A stretch of 64,000 nucleotides of DNA from Polaromonas sp. (GTDB lineage Bacteria; Pseudomonadota; Gammaproteobacteria; Burkholderiales; Burkholderiaceae_C): the NCBI GenBank assembly GCA_043774625.1, contig JAYVTG010000097.1, positions 29,283 through 93,282 of the forward strand, given 5' to 3'. Numbering within the stretch: position 1 is the stretch's first letter; every line of letters starts with the position of its first letter. Made by a program: the position numbers and the translations under genes. This document shows positions 20,664-31,468 of this stretch, in pieces. The notes below the pieces were generated by a model. It saw nothing but the letters and a program-made list of their open reading frames with translations, was not told the DNA's origin and ran no database searches.

Positions 20664-21389
20664 ATGTCCGACAATAAAAAAGTCCTTCTGAAAGTCAGTG
20701 GCCTCAAGGTGTCTTATGGTGGCATTCAAGCCGTCAAAGGGGCGGACTTTGAAGTGCGCGAAGGCGAATTGGTGACCCTCATCGGCTCCAACGGGGCTGG
20801 CAAAACTACCACCATGAAGGCCATTACCGGGTCGCTGCCTGCAGCGGCTGGCAGTATTGAATACCTTGGCAAAACAGTGGCTGGCCAAGGTGCCTGGGAC
20901 TTGGTGGCACAGGGCTTGTGCATGGTGCCCGAAGGGCGCGGTGTGTTTGCACGCATGACGATCACCGAGAACCTGATGATGGGGGCTTACATACGCAATG
21001 ACAAAGCAGAGATTGCTGCCGACATGGAGAAAATGTTCAGCATCTTTCCGCGCCTGAAAGAGCGCAAAGACCAGTTGGCTGGCACCATGAGTGGGGGCGA
21101 ACAGCAAATGCTGGCCATGGGCCGCGCTCTGATGAGCCGCCCCAAAGTTTTGTTGATGGACGAGCCATCCATGGGCCTCTCGCCCATCATGGTGGCCAAG
21201 ATATTTGAGGTGGTGCGCGATGTATCCGCTCAAGGTGTAACGGTACTTCTGGTTGAACAAAACGCCAAGCTGGCCCTGCAAGCGGCAGACCGTGGCTATG
21301 TGATGGAAAGCGGCATTATCACCATGAGCGGCGACGCCAAAGAAATGCTGAACGACCCGAAGGTGCGCGCTGCTTACCTGGGTGAGTAG
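20664..21389 (+). CDS. livF: Branched-chain amino acid ABC transporter ATP-binding protein
   Basis: Walker A GSNGAGKTT and signature MSGGEQQMLAMG. Confidence 0.92.
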   Translation: MSDNKKVLLKVSGLKVSYGGIQAVKGADFEVREGELVTLIGSNGAGKTTTMKAITGSLPAAAGSIEYLGKTVAGQGAWDLVAQGLCMVPEGRGVFARMTITENLMMGAYIRNDKAEIAADMEKMFSIFPRLKERKDQLAGTMSGGEQQMLAMGRALMSRPKVLLMDEPSMGLSPIMVAKIFEVVRDVSAQGVTVLLVEQNAKLALQAADRGYVMESGIITMSGDAKEMLNDPKVRAAYLGE

Positions 21390-21397
21390 TGGGGTGA

Positions 21398-22540
21398 CTA
21401 GCTTGAGCTGAGTTTGTCATGCTCGCGCATGGCAAATCGGTCGGTCATACCGGCTATGTAATCTGCCACAGCACGCGGCAAGTTTTTTTGCTTCGCATAC
21501 GCTTGCGGCATTAAAGCTGGCTTGTCCAAGTAGGCTGAAAATAAATCTTGCACCACCTGTTTGGCATGTTTTGTGGTTTGCATGACTTGCTCGTGCCGGT
21601 ACAAGTTTGATAGCAGCCAGCGCTTTATCTGCGCTGACTGTAGCCGCATTTCTTCAGAAAACAGCACAGTAGCTGGTGCGTGCTTCACGTCTTCAGTGCT
21701 GCGTATGTGGTGTTTTTCAATCGCCACTTTGGTCGAAGTAATCACGTCATACACCTGTGCGCTGAGCATGCGGCGAATCGTCTCGTGCAGCAGCCTGCGG
21801 CCTTGCACCTGTGGGTATTCAGCCAGAACAGCGTGGTGGTGCTGCGCAAACCAGGGCAGGTCACACAATTGTTCGATGGTGATGAGGCCAGAGCGCACGC
21901 CGTCGTCCATGTCATGCGCGTTGTAAGCCATCTCGTCGGCCAGATTGGTCAATTGGGCCTCCAGGCTGGGTTGGGTGCGGTCCATAAAGCGCCGCGCTAC
22001 GCCGCCAGGTTCTTTGGTTTCCAGGCGCTGGGCGTTGGCAGCAGAGCAGTGCTTCAAAATACCTTCGCGCGTTTCCAGCGTCAGGTTCAGGCCGTCAAAC
22101 TGGGGGTAGCGTTCTTCCAGCGCGTCCACTACGCGCAAGCTTTGCAGATTGTGTTCAAAGCCGCCGTGGCCTGGTGCACGCTGCTGCAGGCTGTCGTTGA
22201 GCGCGTCTTGCCCGGCGTGGCCAAAAGGCGTGTGGCCCAAGTCGTGCGCCAGGCTAATGGCTTCTACCAGGTCTTCATGCAACCCCAAGGCTCGCGCCAT
22301 GCTGCGGCCCAGTTGGGCTACCTCCAGCGAATGGGTCATGCGCGTGCGAAATAGGTCGCCTTCATGGTTGAGGAAAACCTGCGTTTTGTAGACCAGGCGG
22401 CGAAACGCCGTGCTGTGCACAATGCGGTCGCGGTCACGCTGAAAAGCGTTGCGGTCTTCGGCACTGTGGCGCTGCGCGGGTTCATCGTACCTGCGGCCCT
22501 TGCTGGCTGCCGGATTGCATGCATACGCTTTAATTATCAT
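21398..22540 (-). CDS. dgt: dGTPase-family triphosphohydrolase (HD domain)
   Basis: FQRDRDRIVHS..FRRL..KTQVF, an HD motif (AHDLGHTPFGH), and a C-terminal DYIAGMTDRFA. Confidence 0.9.
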   Translation of the reverse strand: MIIKAYACNPAASKGRRYDEPAQRHSAEDRNAFQRDRDRIVHSTAFRRLVYKTQVFLNHEGDLFRTRMTHSLEVAQLGRSMARALGLHEDLVEAISLAHDLGHTPFGHAGQDALNDSLQQRAPGHGGFEHNLQSLRVVDALEERYPQFDGLNLTLETREGILKHCSAANAQRLETKEPGGVARRFMDRTQPSLEAQLTNLADEMAYNAHDMDDGVRSGLITIEQLCDLPWFAQHHHAVLAEYPQVQGRRLLHETIRRMLSAQVYDVITSTKVAIEKHHIRSTEDVKHAPATVLFSEEMRLQSAQIKRWLLSNLYRHEQVMQTTKHAKQVVQDLFSAYLDKPALMPQAYAKQKNLPRAVADYIAGMTDRFAMREHDKLSSS

Positions 22541-22556
22541 TAAAAACAGTCCATTG

Positions 22557-22596
22557 CCAGCGTGGAATATGCGCGAGCAGCTATACTATTAATAGC
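22557..22596 (+). repeat. REP-like repeat, copy 3
   Basis: CCAGCGTGGAATATGCGCGAGCAGCTATACTATTAATAGC. Confidence 0.9.
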
Positions 22597-22701
22597 ATTT
22601 ATGAATACCTGCGTGTCGTATGATTGCCCCATGGCATCAAGATCAGGCATGCACACCAACGCGTCGTATATCGCTCTTTTGTGAACCTTGGCATGCATAG
22701 A

Positions 22702-23835
22702 CTAAGCCATGCTTTGCGTAATCACACTACGCACCAGCGCATCTGGCGCGGTGCGCACACCCGCGCGGCCAGGTGTGTCGATCGTTACAAACTTGATCTC
22801 TCCCGCTTCGGCTTTTTTGTCTACCCGCATGAGCTGCAGGTAGCGGTCTACGCTGTCTTTTGCGCCCATGGGCTCCAGCCGTGGAGCCACGGTGGGCAAA
22901 CCTGCACGCTGTATCAGTGCAGTTAAACGCTGTACAAAAGCCGCGTCTACCAGCTCCAACCCCTGCGACAAGCGCGCCGCCATCACCATGCCGCAGCCTA
23001 CCGCTTCACCATGTAGCCAGGCGCCATAGCCCATACCTGCCTCGATAGCATGGCCAAAGGTGTGGCCAAAGTTCAAAATGGCGCGTAAACCCTGCTCACG
23101 CTCATCAGCGCCCACCACCTGGGCCTTGATCTCGCAACTGCGCTTGACGGCATGGGCCAGCAAGGCGGCATCACCGTTGCGCAGGCCGTCCATGTTGGCC
23201 TCAATCCAGTCAAAAAACGCCATGTCGGCAATCGGCCCATATTTAATAACTTCGGCCAAGCCAGCCGACATTTCGCGTGCTGGCAAAGTTTTAAGCGTGT
23301 CCAGGTCGCACACCACCAGGGCGGGCTGGTAGAAAGCGCCAATCATGTTCTTGCCCAGTGGGTGGTTAATAGCCGTCTTGCCGCCCACCGAAGAATCCAC
23401 CTGCGCCAAGAGCGTAGTGGGCACTTGCACAAAAGGCACCCCGCGCATGTAGCTGGATGCAGCAAAGCCCGTCATGTCGCCCACCACGCCACCACCCAAG
23501 GCAAACAGCACCGTCTTGCGGTCGCAGCCCTGGGACAGCAAAGCATCAAATATCAGGTTCAGTGTTTGCCAGGTTTTATGCTCTTCGCCGTCTGGCAAGC
23601 TCACGGTGTGGATGTGCGCGTATTGGCCTTGTAGAGCTTGTGTCAGGCGCTGCGCATACAAAGGTGCCACCAGCGTGTTGCTGACGATCAGCGCGTGCGT
23701 GGCCTTGGGCAAGTTTGCATACGTAGTGGGTTTGTCAAACAAGCCCGCGCCAATGGCGATAGAGTAAGCGCGATCGCCCAGTGCGATAGAAACGGAGGAG
23801 TGGGCTAAGTCGGTTGGGTGGGTTTGAGTGTTCAC
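22702..23835 (-). CDS. aroB: 3-dehydroquinate synthase
   Basis: [30 protein letters not shown] and [10 protein letters not shown] motifs. Confidence 0.95.
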   Translation of the reverse strand: MNTQTHPTDLAHSSVSIALGDRAYSIAIGAGLFDKPTTYANLPKATHALIVSNTLVAPLYAQRLTQALQGQYAHIHTVSLPDGEEHKTWQTLNLIFDALLSQGCDRKTVLFALGGGVVGDMTGFAASSYMRGVPFVQVPTTLLAQVDSSVGGKTAINHPLGKNMIGAFYQPALVVCDLDTLKTLPAREMSAGLAEVIKYGPIADMAFFDWIEANMDGLRNGDAALLAHAVKRSCEIKAQVVGADEREQGLRAILNFGHTFGHAIEAGMGYGAWLHGEAVGCGMVMAARLSQGLELVDAAFVQRLTALIQRAGLPTVAPRLEPMGAKDSVDRYLQLMRVDKKAEAGEIKFVTIDTPGRAGVRTAPDALVRSVITQSMA

Positions 23836-23853
23836 AGGGTTGATTATCCCTGC

Positions 23854-24435
23854 TTAGGGCAAACCGCGAGCCAGCTCCAACTGCATCACAATCATGTTCA
23901 CCAGCGTAGCCACCGATGGACGGCCCGTCTCCACCACAAAATGCGCCGTCTCGCGGTACAGCGGGTCGCGTACATCAAACAAGTCTTTAAGACGTTGTAA
24001 GGGGTCAACCCCTTGCAAAAGTGGCCTGTTACGGTCGTGGCGCAGTCGCTTGACCAATTCTTCGGGATTGGAACGCAAATACACTACCGTGCCACTGCCC
24101 CGCAACCGCTGGCGATTTAATGGTCGCAACACCGTACCTCCCCCCGTAGAAAGCACCGCAACACGAGCCACGTTTGCAACAACCTGAGAACCATGACTGG
24201 AACCAGCACTAGGATCCAAATCACTAGCTTGCGCTTGAGTCAACTCCGCAATCTTAGTCTCCTCCACATCCCGAAATCTCTCCTCTCCTTCGCGCTCAAA
24301 ATACTCCCGAATTGAGCAGCCGAGCCGCTGCTCAATTTCGTGATCGGAATCAAAAAAAGGCAAACCCAGCCGCCGCGCCAACTGGCGCCCGACTGTAGAT
24401 TTGCCCGATCCGGGGAGGCCTACGAGAGAGATCAA
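23854..24435 (-). CDS. aroK: Shikimate kinase (TTG start, internal low-complexity insertion)
   Basis: P-loop GLPGSGKST near the N-terminus, plus STGGG. The only in-frame start after an upstream stop is TTG at 24435. Confidence 0.88.
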   Translation of the reverse strand: MISLVGLPGSGKSTVGRQLARRLGLPFFDSDHEIEQRLGCSIREYFEREGEERFRDVEETKIAELTQAQASDLDPSAGSSHGSQVVANVARVAVLSTGGGTVLRPLNRQRLRGSGTVVYLRSNPEELVKRLRHDRNRPLLQGVDPLQRLKDLFDVRDPLYRETAHFVVETGRPSVATLVNMIVMQLELARGLP

Positions 24436-24443
24436 ATTGACTT

Positions 24444-26009
24444 CTAGTTAATTGGATATACAGCAATTAAGTTGACAAATCGAACACTGGTGCCAGTAGT
24501 AAATGTTAGTTTAATGTCCGCAGTAGCTGCATTAGGCCCACCGACAACGCAAAGTGGACTCAAAGTTGCATTCGACAAATCGACTTCAATTGTAAAATCG
24601 GAGCGCAAGGATAACCGATCTAAGATCGGTGAACCATCGATTAAGGCAGCCGATGTATTAGTCGTTAGCGACTTGACTGCGATCGTTGTACCTGCAGCTG
24701 GGGGCAATCCCGCTGGCGTTCCCGCGAATAATTTAAAAGACCGTTTGCAAAAGTTTCCCATAAAAACGCTGCTGACTGGAAACCCACCAGTTTGCAGGTT
24801 AAACGCATCAACTAAAAATATATCAGGTTGCAGAAATGATATAGAGCTGCTGATAACCGTTCCACTACCCAATCGTGTGGAAGCAATTACAGTAGCGCGC
24901 TGTCCATCTGGTGGGCGTGGGTTCTGTACGGTGTAATCAACACTGCAACTTCCGTTTACTGTTAAGCATCCGCCTCGGCTGGAAGTCGCAACACCACCAT
25001 AGTTCGCAGTAAACAATACGGGTAGGCCATCCGCAACTTTATTGCCGTTTGAGTCGAGCACGCGTACAGTAATAACACTGAGGTCGCCAGTTAATTGATA
25101 ATTCAAATTAAATTTACTTGCCGATAAATCGAATCCGCCCTGCGTAGCCAATCCTGTCGTTACAACTAACTGGTCAGATTGTGAAGTAATTCCTCTTGTA
25201 TCGACTGTCGCAGATACAACGACTGGAGTTGCAATCGAACCTGAGGAAATCGTGGTCACGATCACACCATCATTGTCACTCGTAGCTGTGGGAATATTCA
25301 GTGTAACAGGCGCTGTTCCAATTGAGAATGTAACTGCAACGCCTTTCACTGGGGAGTTATTTTTGTCAACGACCCTGAAACGCAAAGATGCAGATTCAGA
25401 ACGGCCATTACCGCCCGTTCCAGCCAAAACTATAGACTTGTCTGAAGGCACCACATCAAGAAAATTGAGTGCATTGGCAAGCAGTTGAGGACTCGTACCC
25501 ACAACTGCAGGAGCGCTCGAAATAGAGATCGCCTTATTAGCGCTAATCAAACTACCATTAACCACAGCAGAGGCACCAATCTGAGTGGCTCCCGCACTGC
25601 TTGAAGTTTTAGCTCTAAATTCGACAATAGCCTTCCCCAGGTTATCTGTCAACGCAGTAGCAGATATCGGTGCAATTGTGACTAGACTAGATACACTTTC
25701 AACAAACGCAACAATGGCTCCAACAACAGGCTTGCCGCTGCCATCTTTTACTGTCGCACTGATCTGGCCAATCTCTAGCGCTGAAATGGAACTGCTAGGA
25801 ACACCAACTCCATTCAAGATATCTACCGTTATCGCACCCAGTGTGGTAGTTTGAGAGTTTCCAGTCGTGGAAACGACTGACGTAGTTGTTGAATTAGCGT
25901 TTGCAGTTGTACCCGTATTCAAATTTCCACCAGGGCTCCCGCCCCCGCCGCTACAAGCGGCTAATGCAGCCAAAGCTACGCTCACTAACAAAATCTTAAA
26001 TAATTTCAT
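24444..26009 (-). CDS. Lipoprotein with repeated bacterial Ig-like (Big/invasin-type) domains
   Basis: Lipobox LAALAAC|SGG, a Ser/Thr/Val-rich 521-aa sequence, and three segments of the form (V/R)V.D..G.PV.G..V.F. GC is visibly lower (about 45-47%) than in the flanks. Confidence 0.75.
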   Translation of the reverse strand: MKLFKILLVSVALAALAACSGGGGSPGGNLNTGTTANANSTTTSVVSTTGNSQTTTLGAITVDILNGVGVPSSSISALEIGQISATVKDGSGKPVVGAIVAFVESVSSLVTIAPISATALTDNLGKAIVEFRAKTSSSAGATQIGASAVVNGSLISANKAISISSAPAVVGTSPQLLANALNFLDVVPSDKSIVLAGTGGNGRSESASLRFRVVDKNNSPVKGVAVTFSIGTAPVTLNIPTATSDNDGVIVTTISSGSIATPVVVSATVDTRGITSQSDQLVVTTGLATQGGFDLSASKFNLNYQLTGDLSVITVRVLDSNGNKVADGLPVLFTANYGGVATSSRGGCLTVNGSCSVDYTVQNPRPPDGQRATVIASTRLGSGTVISSSISFLQPDIFLVDAFNLQTGGFPVSSVFMGNFCKRSFKLFAGTPAGLPPAAGTTIAVKSLTTNTSAALIDGSPILDRLSLRSDFTIEVDLSNATLSPLCVVGGPNAATADIKLTFTTGTSVRFVNLIAVYPIN

Positions 26010-26068
26010 GATGTTACCTACAAACCTAAAGTGCCAACCAGTACAAATAATAAATACAAAGTAACTAC

Positions 26069-28228
26069 TTAACGCACCGCTGCTCTGTCCGATACCATCT
26101 TGGGCGTGATAAATACCAGCAATTCCTGTTTATTTGAGCTGCGCTGGCGGCTCTTGAACAAATTACCCAGGTAAGGTATGTCTCCCAACAAAGGCACTCG
26201 CGTTTCAGATTCTGTTTCGTTCAGTTCAAAAATACCGCCAATCACTACCGTTCCGCCATTTTCTACCAGTACCTGGGTTTTGATGTGCTTGGTGTTGATG
26301 GCAAAGCCTGCAGCCGTGGACTGGCCTACGCTGTCTTTGTTTACATCCAGGTCCATTATGATATTGCCCTCAGGCGTGATTTGAGGCGTAACCTCCAGCT
26401 TAAGGTTGGCTTTTCTAAAGGCAATAGAAGTGGCACCGCTGGATGTGGCAATTTGATACGGCAGTTCAGTACCCTGCTCAATCAAGGCGCGGGTTTGGTC
26501 GGCAGTCACAACGCGCGGGCTGGAGACCACTTTGCCTTTGCCATCGGCTTCAAGGGCAGATATTTCCAAATTCAAGAAACGGTTGGCAGCAGAACTGAAA
26601 ATAGACAAGGCGAAAGTAGCAGCGTTGTAGCCATTTTGGCCGGGTGCTGGCAGGTTGACAAAGTTGCCACCGGTATCTATAGCACCGCCTTGGCCGTTGG
26701 TGCCAATCACGTTGCCATAGCTGGTGCCAGCGGCTACGCGGTTGTTACCCAACACGTTGTATCCAGCGTCACCACCGCGTACGCCGCGCAAGTCGTTGCC
26801 ACCCAGCTTAATGCCTAATGACTTTCCGAATGTGTCCGAAGCTTCGACGATACGCGCCTCAATCAACACTTGTCGCACAGCGATGTCTAGCTTGGAGATA
26901 AGCGTCTGCACTTGCTCTAGCCTGGATGGAATGTCGGTGACAAACAATTGGTTGGTTCGCGCTTCTGCAATTACGCTGCCACGTGGCGACAAGATGCGTG
27001 TACTGTTGCCACCTTGGCCACCACCACTACTCTGACTGATTTGACTCGCGATGTCTGCTGCCTTGGTATAGTTCAACTGAAATGCTTGGGAACGCAACGG
27101 CTCAAGCCCTTGTAGTGCTGCTTTTGCCTCTAGTTCCAGCTTGTCTTTGGCATTCAGTTCGTCTTTAGGTGCAATCAAGAGAACATTCCCCGTTTTGCGC
27201 ATGCCCAAGCTCTTGGCTTGCATGATGATGTCTAGTGCCTGGTCCCAAGGCACATCTTTCAAGCGCAATGTAACGGCACCTGTCACCGTGTCTGAAGTGA
27301 TGATGTTGAAGTTGGTGAAGTCAGCTATTACCTGCAAGAGTGAACGCACTTCGATATTCTGGAAGTTTAACGACAGCTTTTCACCCTTAAAGCCAGAACC
27401 TTGGGTCAGCTTGTCTGGGTCAATTTTTTGCTGGCGTACTTCTAATACAAACTGACTGTCACTTTGATACGCACTGTGTTCCCACTGACCCTTGGGCTCT
27501 ACCACCATGCGAACGCGGTCGCCCACCTGGAAAGTGGTGACCAGTTGAACGGGTGTACCAAAATCGGCCACATCCAACCGACGACGCAAACCTTCTGGCA
27601 AAGATGTTTTTAGAAATTCCACAACCAGGTTTTGACCTTGCTGTTTGATGTCTACACCCACTTGATTATTTGGCAGGTCAATGATCAACTTGCCTGAACC
27701 TTCTGTACCGCGACGAAAGTCGATGTCCTTCAAAGGCGCTGAGTCACGGCTACGATTTTCGGCAAAAGCGGGTTGTGCCGCTACCGCTTGGGCCGCTGGG
27801 GCAGCCACTGCAACAGGGTCTAATGTAATGAGTAGCGATTTGCCAAGAATCTCAGCTTTGTACGCAGTGGCTTGTTTAAGATTAAGCACCAAACGGGTAC
27901 GTTCTCCAGCCTGTACAACGTTAGCTGAGCGCAGATTACCCTGGTTCATATCTACGGACGAGCGGCCCATCGCATTGTTCACACCAGGAAAATCCAATGC
28001 GATGCGAGCAGGAGATTGAATGGTGAAGCCAGTAGGTACAGCTGATAAAGGCTGGGTCATTTCAATGCGAACTACTTCGACGCCACCCTGTATGGAAGCC
28101 GCTACCGACTCGATAGCGTTTTGTGCATGGGCAAGAATCGAGGTAGCCGTAAACAGCAGGCCTAGAGCTAACTTGCGGATTGCCGCCGCCTTGATAACTG
28201 GAGTTTTTATATTCATAGGGTGCATCAT
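26069..28228 (-). CDS. pilQ: Type IV pilus secretin PilQ
   Basis: Signal peptide, N-terminal AMIN-like regions, and a C-terminal secretin domain (VPLLGDIPYLGNLFK). It lies downstream of pilMNOP. Confidence 0.95.
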   Translation of the reverse strand: MMHPMNIKTPVIKAAAIRKLALGLLFTATSILAHAQNAIESVAASIQGGVEVVRIEMTQPLSAVPTGFTIQSPARIALDFPGVNNAMGRSSVDMNQGNLRSANVVQAGERTRLVLNLKQATAYKAEILGKSLLITLDPVAVAAPAAQAVAAQPAFAENRSRDSAPLKDIDFRRGTEGSGKLIIDLPNNQVGVDIKQQGQNLVVEFLKTSLPEGLRRRLDVADFGTPVQLVTTFQVGDRVRMVVEPKGQWEHSAYQSDSQFVLEVRQQKIDPDKLTQGSGFKGEKLSLNFQNIEVRSLLQVIADFTNFNIITSDTVTGAVTLRLKDVPWDQALDIIMQAKSLGMRKTGNVLLIAPKDELNAKDKLELEAKAALQGLEPLRSQAFQLNYTKAADIASQISQSSGGGQGGNSTRILSPRGSVIAEARTNQLFVTDIPSRLEQVQTLISKLDIAVRQVLIEARIVEASDTFGKSLGIKLGGNDLRGVRGGDAGYNVLGNNRVAAGTSYGNVIGTNGQGGAIDTGGNFVNLPAPGQNGYNAATFALSIFSSAANRFLNLEISALEADGKGKVVSSPRVVTADQTRALIEQGTELPYQIATSSGATSIAFRKANLKLEVTPQITPEGNIIMDLDVNKDSVGQSTAAGFAINTKHIKTQVLVENGGTVVIGGIFELNETESETRVPLLGDIPYLGNLFKSRQRSSNKQELLVFITPKMVSDRAAVR

Positions 28229-28788
28229 TTTGTCCTCTCTTGAAGCTGCAAGCTGGCTTGGCGTTCAATCCATTCGCCTGCGGCGTCTTGAACAATTTCT
28301 CTTAGTGAAACTTCGGTTTCAGTAACTTTGGTAACCTTGCCATAATTTTGACCAAGGTAATTGCCGATTTTTATTTGATACAGCAGGTTGTCGACCTTAA
28401 CCAAAGCTATGGATTTACCCGCTGGCAACAGACTGCCTACCAAGGCCATTGTGTCCAGAGGGAAGGCTTCCAGGGGCTCTTTACGGCGATTGAGTTCTGG
28501 TGCCACCAAGGCCGCATTTGCCGTGGCCTGCGAAGACTCTCTTTTCAGGGCTTGTGTCAGTTTCTGATTACTAAACGGCTCTGTGGACGCTTCTTGCGTA
28601 TAGGCTTTTGGCGTAAACCGCTTAGGCTCAGCAATTGGCTGAACATTGGGTTTAGTAGAGGTGCGCAGTTCTGTCATCCACGACTGCAACTCATCTTGCT
28701 CAGAGATACCACAAGCAGATAACAACGACGTCAACGCGAGGACTGCAAAGACCCTGCGCTTGGAGATTTGGAGGAAGCTAAGCGTCAT
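28225..28788 (-). CDS. pilP: Type IV pilus assembly lipoprotein PilP
   Basis: Lipobox LLSAC, and size and position between pilO and pilQ. Confidence 0.85.
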   Translation of the reverse strand: MTLSFLQISKRRVFAVLALTSLLSACGISEQDELQSWMTELRTSTKPNVQPIAEPKRFTPKAYTQEASTEPFSNQKLTQALKRESSQATANAALVAPELNRRKEPLEAFPLDTMALVGSLLPAGKSIALVKVDNLLYQIKIGNYLGQNYGKVTKVTETEVSLREIVQDAAGEWIERQASLQLQERTK

Positions 28789-29462
28789 TTTTTAGCTCCT
28801 GGCGCGGTAGCTTTCTTTTGCGCAGCGACTTCTTCCTGGTCCAAATACCGGTAAGTGCGAGCCGTGGCTTCCATACCTAATGCGCCATCGCGCGCAGCAA
28901 GAATGCTCAGATTATTCAGGGTCACAATGCGCGAGAGGTTAGCAATATCGGATGCAAAAGAACCCAAGTCGTGGTACCGGCCAACCACCTTTAAGGAAAT
29001 GGGTAATTCAGCGTAATACTCTTTCACACTGACAGCGCCAGGCTTGAAAAAATCAAATTGCAGACTGCGCCCCAAACCAGCCTGGTTGATGTCTGATAGC
29101 AATGCATCCATCTCCGCTTTGCTAGGGAGTTGCTTTTCAAGTTGTGTAACGTACTGCTGCACCTGTTCGCGCTGCTTTTTAAGTGCATCCAGATTGACTG
29201 CTTGCACCAATTTTTTCTTATAGTCTTCGCGTAGCGTGAGTTCCTTGGCTTGCTCTGCCTTAAGCTCATCGTCGTAACTGTTTAACCAGGCAAACCATAA
29301 GGCTGTCACTACTGCAATAGTCACCACAATGCATAGCCCATATCGGGGCAAGGCAGGCCATGTTGATGGGTCGTTATGATTGAGGCCACGGAACTGCGAA
29401 GCTACTTTTTCTTGTAGCGTCGCAAAATCGGTAGTAGATGCGGGTTTGGAAGAAGTTACCAT
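28785..29462 (-). CDS. pilO: Type IV pilus assembly protein PilO
   Basis: Single TM, coiled coil, and position in the pilMNOPQ operon. Confidence 0.85.
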   Translation of the reverse strand: MVTSSKPASTTDFATLQEKVASQFRGLNHNDPSTWPALPRYGLCIVVTIAVVTALWFAWLNSYDDELKAEQAKELTLREDYKKKLVQAVNLDALKKQREQVQQYVTQLEKQLPSKAEMDALLSDINQAGLGRSLQFDFFKPGAVSVKEYYAELPISLKVVGRYHDLGSFASDIANLSRIVTLNNLSILAARDGALGMEATARTYRYLDQEEVAAQKKATAPGAKK

Positions 29463-29478
29463 GTCGTTTTGTCCTGCG

Positions 29479-30135
29479 TCATGCCTTCTTGGCTACAGAT
29501 GCAACAGGCGTAGCTGGTGCTACACCTGAAGCTGATGCTGGTGCACTGGCTGCAGTAGCGGCTTTTTGCACGTCTGCTGGTTTGCGCAATTGCATCTTCA
29601 TGGAGAAGTTGGCTACGCGCCGTTGGTCGCGAGGAGTCAAGCTCACCGTGGATGCCACAATTTCAATCAACTCAGGCTTGGTGAGCCAGACACTGTTGTT
29701 ACTGAGGTTGCGCAGCAATTCAGACACACGCTCGCTGGACTGGGCTACGCCAGTGACTGCGATATTGGATCCATCTTGTTTCATGGAATTCACATAGACA
29801 CCGTCGGGCAATTGCTTGACGAGTTCGTCAAGTAAATACACCGGCATGTTGCGGTCAGCTTGCAAATCTTCTACTGCCAACTGGCGTGCCCGCAGTGCCG
29901 CGATTTCAGCTTGCAAAGTGGCAATATCCTTGATCTGCACTTCCAGTTCTTTGATTTTTGACGTCAAAAAACTGTTTTTGTTTTGTTGGTTGGAAATTTG
30001 CGCCTGGTACCAGACATAGATTCCACCGCAAATCAGTCCGCCCAAAAGTGCTGCTACACCCAGTGTGGCAAAAAATATTTCTTTCCTGCGCTTGCGTGCC
30101 GCCTCACGGTGCGGCAACAGGTTGATGAGTATCAC
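29479..30135 (-). CDS. pilN: Type IV pilus assembly protein PilN
   Basis: The N-terminus (V)ILINLLPHREAARKRRKE is the conserved PilN motif. The GTG start overlaps the pilM stop (GTGA). Confidence 0.85.
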   Translation of the reverse strand: MILINLLPHREAARKRRKEIFFATLGVAALLGGLICGGIYVWYQAQISNQQNKNSFLTSKIKELEVQIKDIATLQAEIAALRARQLAVEDLQADRNMPVYLLDELVKQLPDGVYVNSMKQDGSNIAVTGVAQSSERVSELLRNLSNNSVWLTKPELIEIVASTVSLTPRDQRRVANFSMKMQLRKPADVQKAATAASAPASASGVAPATPVASVAKKA

Positions 30136-31223
30136 TGCAAGAACCTCCGCATGGCCAGACCACAAGCACTCAAATAGGAAGGCGCTTCACGGCGTAATTT
30201 TTTCTCACGTACGCCATCGCCCATTTTCATGCCCTCAAAAGGGTTAAGTAGCTGGCAGGCAAATGAGGTTTGCGCAGTGACGGCTTCCGTTAGGCCAGGC
30301 AGAGACGAGGAACCACCAGCCAACATGACATAGTCCACGCGGTTGTGCGGCGTACTGGTGAAGAAAAACTGCAGTGCACGTCCAATCTCTTGCGACAAGT
30401 TTTCTACAAACGGACGCAAAACGCTTGCTTCATAATCTTCGGGCAAGTCACCACCGCGCTTTTTACTTTCGGCTTCTTCGGGCGAAAAACCATATTGCCG
30501 CACTATCAACTGGGTAAGCTGTGCACCACCAAAAGCCTGATCGCGGTCATACAACACTTCATCATTGCGAATTACTTGCATGCTGGTCGTCATACCACCC
30601 ACTTCAAACAAAGCCACCATCATGTCAACGCCCTTGTTGGGCAGACTGTCAATCAATCGGCCCGTAGCCAATCGTGACGCATAGGATTCAACGTCTATTA
30701 CCACGGGCTTAAGACCCGCTGCCTCTGCCAAGCCTTGCCGATCTTGTACCTTTTCTTTGCGCGATGCAGCAATCAGCACGTCAACATCGCCAACAGAAGC
30801 TGCGCTTGGGCCGACAACACAAAAATCCAGACTCACCTCATCCAGCGAGAAGGGTATGTATTGATTAGCTTCAGCCTCCACTTGTATCTCAAGCTCAGCA
30901 TCCGTCAAGCCGCCAGGTAACACTATTTTCTTAGTAATGACGGCTGAAGCGGGTAGCGACATAGCTACATGCTTGGTTTTGGTGCCGCTTTTCTTGACCA
31001 GACGTCGTACTGCGTCCGCTACTTCGTCAAACTTTTCAACGTTACCATCCGTAATCCAGCCTTTTTCAAGCTGCTCTACAGCGCAACGCTCCAGGATCAG
31101 TTCTCCGTCTTTGGCGCGGCTCAGCTCAACCAGTTTGACGCTGGACGAGCTGATATCCAGCCCGATCAAGGGGGCTGGCTGCCGACTGAAGTAGGATGCA
31201 AATGGTATCAAATTGATCCCCAA
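30132..31223 (-). CDS. pilM: Type IV pilus assembly ATPase-like protein PilM
   Basis: Actin-like fold protein (GLDISSSSVKLVEL) and first gene of pilMNOPQ. Confidence 0.9.
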   Translation of the reverse strand: MGINLIPFASYFSRQPAPLIGLDISSSSVKLVELSRAKDGELILERCAVEQLEKGWITDGNVEKFDEVADAVRRLVKKSGTKTKHVAMSLPASAVITKKIVLPGGLTDAELEIQVEAEANQYIPFSLDEVSLDFCVVGPSAASVGDVDVLIAASRKEKVQDRQGLAEAAGLKPVVIDVESYASRLATGRLIDSLPNKGVDMMVALFEVGGMTTSMQVIRNDEVLYDRDQAFGGAQLTQLIVRQYGFSPEEAESKKRGGDLPEDYEASVLRPFVENLSQEIGRALQFFFTSTPHNRVDYVMLAGGSSSLPGLTEAVTAQTSFACQLLNPFEGMKMGDGVREKKLRREAPSYLSACGLAMRRFLQ

Positions 31224-31468
31224 GGATTATGGTTAACCGGGTTTTAAGAAACTGAAAGCTTGTGCTTCAAAACTTAAGAAAGTACTTCAATGTTATCAGT
31301 AAGCCCTTTGAACGGCAACGATTTTTTCCTTTTTGCAGGGTTCTCACCGTTGTCAAAATCCCACGCTTTTTTGAAAACCCAAATACCCGTCTAGCTTCTT
31401 ATAATATGGGGTGCAAACTGGGGCACCTTGTTCCAAGTCTGTACCAAACTGATTAATTCAGCCACCTT

